Positions 1 through 6,523 of a DNA stretch of 36,543 nucleotides are shown in pieces (the stretch's first letter is position 1; each line of letters opens with the position of its first letter). Below the pieces are notes generated by a model. That model did not search any database. It saw only the letters and a list, made by a program, of their open reading frames with translations, and was not told the origin of the DNA. Both the position numbers and the translations under genes were made by a program. Source of the stretch: a virus (Duplodnaviria > Caudoviricetes); IMG/VR virus record IMGVR_UViG_3300021412_000005, positions 1 to 36,543 of that record. One strand, given 5' to 3'.

Positions 1-640
1 GCTGCCTCGCGGCGTAGGCCTGCTGCCACGCGGCGTTGGTCTGCTGCCACGCGGCGTAGGCCTGCTGCCTCGCGGCGTAGGCCTGCTGCCTCGCGGCGTA
101 GGCCTGCTGCCTCGCGGCGTAGGCCTGCTGCTCCGCGGCGTAGGCCTGCTGCCTCGCGGCGTCCCACTCGCCTTTGGATGGCTCGTCGCCACGCCCGCGC
201 CGTTCGTAGAGGCTCGCGACAAGAGCCGCGACCGACCTGACAGCGCCGTCGAGTGCGTCGGCCTCCAGGCGCCGCATCAAGCGCGCCGAGATCCGGGCCG
301 GGACGCTGGCCAGATTCGCGCCAGCGGCAGCCGACCGCAGGAACCGCGGCGGCAGTGCACTGCGCTCGGCCTCAGGCATGCTCTCGAAGCAACGGTCGAG
401 CAGCCGCCACGCGGCCTCGGGAACGCCGGTCGCAGCGGCAATCGCGGCGTGGTCGCTATTCGTGACGCCGTTCAGCACGCCGAGCCGGCCGAGCCGGCGC
501 GCGTCGTTGATGGTGCAGCCGATGGCACAGGCTTTCGGTTCTTTGGGGTCGCCGTAGCTGCCAGCCACGTAGTCGTCGGCCTGCTGGTGGGCCTCGGCGA
601 GGGGGATGAGCTGCTGGAGGATGGTGTTCGGGGTCGTCAT
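1..640 (-). CDS. Phage hypothetical protein with C-terminal Ala/Gln-rich heptad repeats (runs off window start; absent from ORF track)
   Basis: ATG at 640 opens MTTPNTILQQLIPLAEAHQQADDYVAGSYG...CAIGC...EWDAARQQ(AYAARQQ)n with no stop before position 1; GAGAGAGACGAAACC leader upstream. Confidence 0.8.
   Translation of the reverse strand, partial: MTTPNTILQQLIPLAEAHQQADDYVAGSYGDPKEPKACAIGCTINDARRLGRLGVLNGVTNSDHAAIAAATGVPEAAWRLLDRCFESMPEAERSALPPRFLRSAAAGANLASVPARISARLMRRLEADALDGAVRSVAALVASLYERRGRGDEPSKGEWDAARQQAYAAEQQAYAARQQAYAARQQAYAARQQAYAAWQQTNAAWQQAYAARQ
2..163 (-). repeat. 21-bp coding tandem repeat, about 8 units (AYAARQQ/AYAAWQQ/AYAAEQQ/TNAAWQQ)
   Basis: Unit GCCTACGCCGCGAGGCAGCAG on the minus strand; unit boundaries at 19/20, 40/41, 61/62, 82/83, 103/104, 124/125, 145/146. 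Confidence 0.95.
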
Positions 641-680
641 GGTTTCGTCTCTCTCGGTTGGGGAAAATAGGGGCCGCAAG

Positions 681-712
681 ACGTGGCTATAGGGGATACC
701 GGCGCCGCCGGT
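681..712. repeat. 32-bp dispersed repeat A, copy 1
   Basis: acgtggctataggggataccggcgccgccggt; 31/32 identical to 2784-2815; contains the accggc/gccggt inverted pair. Confidence 0.9.
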
Positions 713-723
713 TTGTCTCTCTC

Positions 724-1566
724 TCATGGGGTGGTCTCACGCGCCGCGCAGGCCAGGATGTCCGCGAGTGCTTGCGCGTCGCTTGCGTAGAAGTGCGGCT
801 GCCGGCCCGTCGAAGCGCGATAGATCGCGGCGGCGGCGCGGTGTTCGCCGACCTCGGCCTCCAGCGAAGCGCCGGCTTCGCCTGCCAGTGTGATCGCCCA
901 GCCACCGCGGCAGTGCGTGGTCTGGCAGGTGTGCCACTGCGCCATCTTGAGCGTGCCGCCTCCGGTCGTGATCGCGGCGAGGATCCGCGAGTCGAGGTTC
1001 GCGACGACCGGAGCGGTCGGATGGATCTCGCGGTATCTCTCGGCGCGTTCCGCGTCGCTGGTGGCGCGTCGCGCGAGCCACGCGGCCCGATCCTCCTGGC
1101 TCGGTTCCTTGTTGACGCCGATGGCGCCCGTGAGGTCGGCGGCCGTGAGGTCGGCGCGCGCGAGGTCGGCGCCCGCGAGGTTGGCGTCCGTGAGGTCGGC
1201 GCGCGCGAGGTTGGCGCGCGCGAGGTTGGCGTCCGTGAGGTCGGCGCCCGCGAGGTTGGCGTCCGTGAGGTCGGCGCCCGCGAGGTCGGCGCGCGCGAGG
1301 TAGGCGCGCGCGAGGTTGGCGCGCGCGAGGTTGGCGCGCGCGAGGTTGGCGTCCGTGAGGTCGGCGCGCGCGAGGTTGGCGCGCGCGAGGTTGGCGCCCG
1401 CGAGGTCGGCGCGCGCGAGGTAGGCGCCCGCGAGGTAGGCGCCCGTGAGGTCGGCGTCCGTGAGGTATCGCAGATCCGCCGGCAGAGCTGGTCTCGGCTC
1501 GCCTTTGGCGATGGCTTCGCGGCAGGCCGCCGCGTGGGCTTCGAGCTGGGTCTTGATCGTCGTCAT
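724..1566 (-). CDS. Pentapeptide-repeat protein with C-terminal WHTCxTTHC domain
   Basis: 22 A(D/N/Y)L(A/T)(R/G/D/A) units, then WHTCQTTHCRGGWAITLAG; alternative start at 1581. Confidence 0.9.
   Translation of the reverse strand: MTTIKTQLEAHAAACREAIAKGEPRPALPADLRYLTDADLTGAYLAGAYLARADLAGANLARANLARADLTDANLARANLARANLARAYLARADLAGADLTDANLAGADLTDANLARANLARADLTDANLAGADLARADLTAADLTGAIGVNKEPSQEDRAAWLARRATSDAERAERYREIHPTAPVVANLDSRILAAITTGGGTLKMAQWHTCQTTHCRGGWAITLAGEAGASLEAEVGEHRAAAAIYRASTGRQPHFYASDAQALADILACAARETTP
1126..1455 (-). repeat. 15-bp coding tandem repeat, 22 units
   Basis: Consensus GCC [G/A/T]AC CTC [A/G]CG [G/C][A/G/C]C. Confidence 0.95.
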
Positions 1567-1577
1567 GTTCGTTCGTC

Positions 1578-1760
1578 TCATCGGTCAGGGGTAAGGATGC
1601 GCCCCGCGCCGGTCAGAGCGCGGAGCGCATCGGGAGGGTTCTCCAGTTTCAAAGAGCATGCTCGGCAGCGAGCCAGTCGGAGGAAGGCAACGACGTCGGG
1701 ATGAGCGGCATGGTAGCCAGCCGTAGCCGCCACGTCCTTCGGTTCGCGCGGGGTGCTCAT
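1578..1760 (-). CDS. Small hypothetical protein (CxxC)
   Basis: MSTPREPKDV...CRAC..., 60 aa; ATGA overlap with the SprT-like gene. Confidence 0.55.
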   Translation of the reverse strand: MSTPREPKDVAATAGYHAAHPDVVAFLRLARCRACSLKLENPPDALRALTGAGRILTPDR

Positions 1761-2344
1761 GGCGCCACCTTCCCGCTCTCGGCCATGGTGCCGCCGCATG
1801 CGCACGTTGGTGCGCCGGCGTCGTCCAACCACTGCCGCGTCATCCTGACGATGCACTCACACTCCTGGCACGCCACCTTGAGCATGCGCGTGCCTTGCTT
1901 CTTCGCGGTCGCCGCTGCGTTGAGCGAAGCATGAGGGTAGGGGCCGACCGACTCAGCGAGAGCGTGTAAACGCTCCCGCAGCTTCGCTCCCGCCGTGGTC
2001 GATCGCATCTTGCCTTCGAGCCCGATCGCCAGCGCACACTTGCGGAACGGTCCCTTGTGGCCGGCCTCAGTGCCGACAGCATGGTGCACAAGCTCGTGCA
2101 CGAGCACCGCGCCGACTTCGATCGGGTCCGAGAGCACGGGCGACAGGAACGTTTCGCACGAGCCATCGGCCGAGCATTTCGGGGACCACGCTTGCCCGAT
2201 GGTCCGCTGATTCGCCGCAGTGCCGCCGCGACTTGGCCAGCCGCACGACACGCGGATGGCGATCGGCAATTGGTAGCCAATCGCGGCGAAGTCCGGCCGC
2301 AACCGGCCGACCATCGCGTGTAGCCATTCTTCGCGGTTCATCAT
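1757..2344 (-). CDS. SprT-like zinc metalloprotease domain protein with C-terminal zinc ribbon
   Basis: VLVHELVH (HExxH) followed by GHKGPF; C-terminal CQEC...CAC; ATGA-coupled start. Confidence 0.85.
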   Translation of the reverse strand: MMNREEWLHAMVGRLRPDFAAIGYQLPIAIRVSCGWPSRGGTAANQRTIGQAWSPKCSADGSCETFLSPVLSDPIEVGAVLVHELVHHAVGTEAGHKGPFRKCALAIGLEGKMRSTTAGAKLRERLHALAESVGPYPHASLNAAATAKKQGTRMLKVACQECECIVRMTRQWLDDAGAPTCACGGTMAESGKVAP

Positions 2345-2586
2345 GGCTCTTGCGCCTCCACGTCGCTCGTGTCGACCTTGCCAAGCGCCTTGGCGACGTT
2401 GCGCAGCTTGCGCCTCGCGACCTGGACTCGCCCCGCCCAATAGAGCAGCTTGGCGAGGCAGCGATCGAGTTCTCCGGTTGCGTCTTCGTAGCGCAGATGC
2501 AGCCGCTCGATGTTGGGGGTCGGGCCGGTTCCCGCCGCCTTGGCGAGCTTGGCCGCGATGTCGTCCGCAGATCCTTTGACTACCAT
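2341..2586 (-). CDS. Hypothetical protein
   Basis: MVVKGSADDIAAKL..., 81 aa, helical; stop overlaps next ATG. Confidence 0.65.
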   Translation of the reverse strand: MVVKGSADDIAAKLAKAAGTGPTPNIERLHLRYEDATGELDRCLAKLLYWAGRVQVARRKLRNVAKALGKVDTSDVEAQEP

Positions 2587-2590
2587 GGCG

Positions 2591-2839
2591 TCACCGCCCC
2601 GCGCACGAGCTGCGCGCGGATCCAGCCAGCGGCTTCCGCGACGGTGCGGAATTGGTTGGGCGGCACGCATCGTCCGGGGTCTCCCCCGCGCCGCGGTAGA
2701 CGTTGCGCCCGTCAGGATGCAGACCCACCGCGCACCCGCGCTGGCGCAGCTCGCAGTCCACGTCGTGAAACTGGTGGCCTGGCACGTGGCCATAGGGGAT
2801 ACCGGCGCCGCCGGTCACTGTCTTCGTCGTCTTGTTCAT
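2591..2839 (-). CDS. Hypothetical protein
   Basis: MNKTTKTVTGG..., 82 aa; GAGAGAGACGAAC leader directly before ATG. Confidence 0.55.
   Translation of the reverse strand: MNKTTKTVTGGAGIPYGHVPGHQFHDVDCELRQRGCAVGLHPDGRNVYRGAGETPDDACRPTNSAPSRKPLAGSARSSCAGR
2784..2815. repeat. 32-bp dispersed repeat A, copy 2
   Basis: acgtggccataggggataccggcgccgccggt; matches 681-712. Confidence 0.9.
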
Positions 2840-2864
2840 GTTCGTCTCTCTCTTTCGTCTCGGT

Positions 2865-2893
2865 TGCCCCGGAAACCGCCGGGGCTCGGAATG
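2865..2893 (-). promoter_or_regulatory. 29-bp leader repeat B, copy 1 (hairpin GCCCCGG-cggttt-CCGGGGC)
   Basis: 28/29 identical to 3315-3343; ends 25 nt before the ATG at 2839; regulatory role inferred. Confidence 0.65.
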
Positions 2894-2918
2894 ACCGGGA
2901 TACGCTCCCGGGGGCGGG

Positions 2919-3290
2919 TCACCTCAGCGTGGCCGCACGGGCGAGGATCGCCGGCTCGTGGGCGCGGTCCCACGATGCGCCGCACGGGGGACGCGCGTCC
3001 CAGTCTGCCACCGGCACCAGGATGATGATACGCCCGCGGTAGTCGCGCGCAGTGCGGTAGCTGCCGGCGCCGATCCAGTCGAGTTCGGGGTTCTCCGGCG
3101 CGCCTACCAAGCGCGGCGGGACCTCAACGTAGGTGCCATCGCCGTAGGTGATGCACCGCAGATTGTGTACCTGCGAGATTCCCATATCCGTGATGCGCGG
3201 ATCCGGCTCGGCCTCATCGCGCCAACGCCAGTAGCCGCCGAATCCGTCGCAATCGCGCAGAAGCGCGCCATTCAAAGCAGTCGTCGTCAT
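2919..3290 (-). CDS. Hypothetical protein, first gene of the leftward block
   Basis: MTTTALNGALLRDCDG..., 123 aa; GAGGAG SD and GAGACG upstream favour the ATG at 3290 over the longer track ORF. Confidence 0.7.
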   Translation of the reverse strand: MTTTALNGALLRDCDGFGGYWRWRDEAEPDPRITDMGISQVHNLRCITYGDGTYVEVPPRLVGAPENPELDWIGAGSYRTARDYRGRIIILVPVADWDARPPCGASWDRAHEPAILARAATLR

Positions 3291-3314
3291 CGTCTCAACT
3301 CCTCGTCTCTGTAG

Positions 3315-3343
3315 TGCCACGGAAACCGCCGGGGCTCGGAATG
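3315..3343 (-). promoter_or_regulatory. 29-bp leader repeat B, copy 2
   Basis: tgccacggaaaccgccggggctcggaatg; ends 24 nt before the ATG at 3290. Confidence 0.65.
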
Positions 3344-3546
3344 CATGCAAGAAAAAATGCGGCCCTCCAGTAAGTACAGCCGGAACTGTAAACTTCTGTG
3401 CCACGTGATACCGCTCGTCCGCATTAACCACCGCAAGCCAATGCCATTGGCGCACCTAAGCACCCGAGAATCGTAACCACGACCGCGCGCTTGACTCGCC
3501 TTGCCACTTGCGCACAACCGAACCGATGCGCTACTCACCCGACAGC

Positions 3547-4122
3547 ATGACAGCCATCGCTGACCTGGATGCAATCGTCGACGCCGCGTCAACGGCTCGA
3601 AAAGTCGCGCTAGCCGACATCTTACAGCGCACCTGCGTTGCGATCGCCACGCGCCGAGCTTGTGCCCGCGTCGCGGCCGAGCATCCCGGCCTGCCCAAGT
3701 GGCGCGTGCTGCGTGCTGCCATCGCATCTGCTCGCGCCCAGTGCCTGCCAACGCCCATCGACGGCATCCCTCTCCCTCCTCCGCCTCCGCCACTGGGCTG
3801 CCGAGTGTGGCGCAACGGCAAGGTCGTCGTGCTCGACACGCCAGCGCCCCTGCCGCCACCGCCGCCCACCCCCATCCCGGGGGGGAGCCATCGCGCGGGG
3901 GCCGAGGGACCCAACGGACAGGGACCCCCGTCCCCCCAAAGGGACGCCAGTGTCGCTGCGGTGTCAGGCAAGCGGCGTCGTTGGGGCGAGGTTGATGCGG
4001 TCACGCGAGCGGCGGCGTTACCGGAGCGGTTGAGTCCGTTGGCGCGGTGGAAGCGGGAGCGATGCAAGCGGGACCGGCGGCTGGCGAAGCTGGCTGAGGT
4101 GGTTGAGAGCCAGGAGGGGTGA
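3547..4122 (+). CDS. Hypothetical Pro-rich protein (uncertain)
   Basis: Open frame MTAIADLDAIV...; spans the skew-switch region, so its composition may reflect DNA constraints. Confidence 0.4.
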   Translation: MTAIADLDAIVDAASTARKVALADILQRTCVAIATRRACARVAAEHPGLPKWRVLRAAIASARAQCLPTPIDGIPLPPPPPPLGCRVWRNGKVVVLDTPAPLPPPPPTPIPGGSHRAGAEGPNGQGPPSPQRDASVAAVSGKRRRWGEVDAVTRAAALPERLSPLARWKRERCKRDRRLAKLAEVVESQEG

Positions 4123-4280
4123 GCGGCATATCGTGCTCGCGCCTTCGGTCGGCGTGTTGGGGCGGCAGTCGCGCGTGTCGGTGGGTTGGGTTCCGGTGCG
4201 AGTCTGAGGCAACGGGTTCGATCGAGCGATGAACAACCCCTACAGAAGTCGTTGCACTCGCCACTTGGGCCGCACCATTA

Positions 4281-4748
4281 CTACATTGGGACAGATCGAG
4301 CCTGCTTGAAGGCTTTGGCGATCATGGTTCGCAGGTAGCGGGCGGTGACGCCGAAGTGCTTGGCGGCTGACTTGGTGCAGTAGCCTTCGAGGTATCTGAT
4401 GCGGAGCGCCTCGCAGAGCAGTCGGTCAACGCTCTTGAGGATGTGATCGACCACTTCCTTGGCGGTCAGAGCGTCGAGGAAGTGCGGTGTGATCGGTTGC
4501 GGCACCGAAGGGTCGGACAGACTCTTGGTGCGTGCTTGGCGTTGGCGCTCGGTGCGTTGCAGACGGTTCCAGTCGATGCGAGCACGCCTCATCACGGTGT
4601 GCTCGTTGTAGGACTTGCCGCTGCGGATCGCGCGTTGCAGACGCCAGTTCAGGAACTGCCTGCTGTCCATCCAGTGGTAGTCAGGCTGTGGCTCGATCGG
4701 CCTGCCGTTGAGGTCTTTCTCGATGCGCCGATTCGAGATTCTCGCCAT
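4281..4748 (-). CDS. Sigma-70 region-4-like HTH transcription regulator
   Basis: C-terminal EALRIRYLEGYCTKSAAKHFGVTARYLRTMIAKA fits a region-4 HTH pattern. Confidence 0.7.
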   Translation of the reverse strand: MARISNRRIEKDLNGRPIEPQPDYHWMDSRQFLNWRLQRAIRSGKSYNEHTVMRRARIDWNRLQRTERQRQARTKSLSDPSVPQPITPHFLDALTAKEVVDHILKSVDRLLCEALRIRYLEGYCTKSAAKHFGVTARYLRTMIAKAFKQARSVPM

Positions 4749-5110
4749 CAGATCAACCCATACTGTTCGAGTTCGAACCGACTCGCAGGCTTCAGGTCTT
4801 CAGGTTTCAACCTCCGCATCGGCAACTTGTCGTCGCTGTCCCGGAATGGTGCCGAGGCCCAGATGTTGTAGCAGCGGCCACACCAGCCGTTCTCCATCAC
4901 TGCCACGACCTCATCTTCGCAGTTCGAGCATAGCACCAGTTTCCGCGCCTTAGACCGCATCTTGCGGGCAAGTTCGCGCTCGTGGTATTCGAGCATCGCC
5001 ACCTGCCCGGCTTCGATGAGGCGCTTGTCCTGGGTCGGCAGTCGGTAGCTATGCTGCCGCAGCAAGTCGAGCCGCGCAGCGATCGATGGCTGGTTCGGTG
5101 CTTCGCTCAT
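4748..5110 (-). CDS. Hypothetical zinc-finger protein
   Basis: MSEAPNQ...CSNC...CGRC; coupled at both ends. Confidence 0.7.
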   Translation of the reverse strand: MSEAPNQPSIAARLDLLRQHSYRLPTQDKRLIEAGQVAMLEYHERELARKMRSKARKLVLCSNCEDEVVAVMENGWCGRCYNIWASAPFRDSDDKLPMRRLKPEDLKPASRFELEQYGLI

Positions 5111-5307
5111 GTCTTGGCTGGCTCCTTCTCCTCTCGGGCCGCGAGCAGGTCCACGCACCGACGCAGGTCCAGCTTGCGGCAGACGCAGCAGGCCCGCACC
5201 ACGCGCCAACGCGGCACGTCGGTGAAGATCAGGTGGAACGGCGCGTCAGGGTAGCCGCAGAATGCACAGGGGGGCGTTGAGCCGCTGATGTGCATCGCTT
5301 CCATCAC
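5107..5307 (-). CDS. Small zinc-finger protein
   Basis: CAFC...CCVC, 66 aa, overlapping junctions. Confidence 0.65.
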   Translation of the reverse strand: MMEAMHISGSTPPCAFCGYPDAPFHLIFTDVPRWRVVRACCVCRKLDLRRCVDLLAAREEKEPAKT

Positions 5308-5537
5308 GAGCCCACCCGCACCAGTGCCGTATCAAACGCCTCGTGGCAGATCTCGCGGTAGCCGAGCGGCCCATTCAGATCGATGCGCGAGAACTTCAGC
5401 TTCACGCAACAGCGCCGCGGGTTGTCGTACGGATCCCATCCGATCACCAGCGCCTTCGCCGCCGAAGTCTCCTTGTGCACCTTCATCCACACGTAGGTGC
5501 CGATCTCCAGATGCGGGACCTTGAGGTGCTTGCTCAA
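5304..5537 (-). CDS. Hypothetical protein
   Basis: Probable TTG start overlapping the upstream TGA (TTGA); SKHLKVPHLEIGTYVWMKV... Confidence 0.55.
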   Translation of the reverse strand: MSKHLKVPHLEIGTYVWMKVHKETSAAKALVIGWDPYDNPRRCCVKLKFSRIDLNGPLGYREICHEAFDTALVRVGS

Positions 5538-5800
5538 GGCGCTCCATCCAGAATGCGATCCGCCACCGCCTGCCGCGCCGCCAACACCGCCTTGCTCACG
5601 TCCTGCCCACTGCTCCCAGAAGCCCGCGGCAGCAGCTTCAGCAGGATCTCGGCGTACTTCACGCACACCGCGTGATCGGGCTCGCTCACGTCCTTCGCTG
5701 CCTTGAACAGCGCCACCACCTGCTTGCGCAGCCAGACCACATCCTCGGCTTCCTGCTCGCGGGATCCGTTTGTGGTTACCATCTCGACTTCGGCTCGCAT
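5534..5800 (-). CDS. Hypothetical protein
   Basis: 88-aa helical ORF heading the leftward operon; alternative ATG at 5782. Confidence 0.65.
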   Translation of the reverse strand: MRAEVEMVTTNGSREQEAEDVVWLRKQVVALFKAAKDVSEPDHAVCVKYAEILLKLLPRASGSSGQDVSKAVLAARQAVADRILDGAP

Positions 5801-5811
5801 CGCAGTAGCCT
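5784..5811 (+). promoter_or_regulatory. Possible sigma70-type promoter for the virion operon
   Basis: TCGACT-16 nt-TAGCCT ending 10 nt before the ATG at 5822; weak match. Confidence 0.25.
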
Positions 5812-5821
5812 ACCGAAAAGC

Positions 5822-6523
5822 ATGAACAAGGAAACCTCAGCCGTCCTCGCCGACGCCATCACGATCCTCTTCAACGAACTGAACCACGGAAATGTCGACA
5901 ACGCGAAGTACCGCGTCCAGCACGACCCAACACGCAAGGACATCGCGTTCTCGATCGCCGAGAAGGCTCCCGCTGGCACCCGCTTCCCAGACGGCCAGAA
6001 CTGGAAACGCTGGATGGGGCCTAGCTGGCGACAGTGCGAACAGATCGCTGCCACCTCGCACACCGTGGAGGAGATCGTGCATCGCTGGCGGCAACTGATC
6101 TTCGATGGCATCGACACCACCCGCATGCTCCAGCCGCAAGCGCCGGTCGGCGTCTCCGCAGACGAGTTCAACCAGAAGGTGGACGAACGCGTGCAGGCCA
6201 TCCTCAAGGATCACCTCAAAAAGCTGATGACCGCGCGTAACGATCAGGAGTTCGGCGCCATCGCACGAACCCCAATCGAACCACCGGCCAAAGGACTGCA
6301 AGTCCGCAAGAAGAACGACAACCAGAACGGCAAGAAGCGACTCGAACTTTGGGCCGAACGCGCCAAGCTGCTCGGCATCGATGGCCCCACCCTCACCCGC
6401 GTCGGCAACAAGATCCACAAGGGCTGGCTCAACGCCGCTACCCGCCTGTGGGACGCATACGCGCAGACGCACCCCGAAGCACCAGCGACGGAACCCGCAC
6501 CAGCCACCGTCGGTAGCGCGTGA
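5822..6523 (+). CDS. Hypothetical protein in the small-terminase position
   Basis: MNKETSAVL..., 233 aa, GTGA-coupled to terL; function suggested by synteny only. Confidence 0.7.
   Translation: MNKETSAVLADAITILFNELNHGNVDNAKYRVQHDPTRKDIAFSIAEKAPAGTRFPDGQNWKRWMGPSWRQCEQIAATSHTVEEIVHRWRQLIFDGIDTTRMLQPQAPVGVSADEFNQKVDERVQAILKDHLKKLMTARNDQEFGAIARTPIEPPAKGLQVRKKNDNQNGKKRLELWAERAKLLGIDGPTLTRVGNKIHKGWLNAATRLWDAYAQTHPEAPATEPAPATVGSA

Noticed and set aside
2-1455. Repeat arrays as a diversity-generating retroelement TR/VR pair
   Set aside because: No reverse transcriptase in the window, variation includes non-adenine changes (G/C), and there is no separate invariant template copy
658-1704. Plus-strand ORF with (VGARE)n repeats
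   Set aside because: Antisense mirror of the pentapeptide gene
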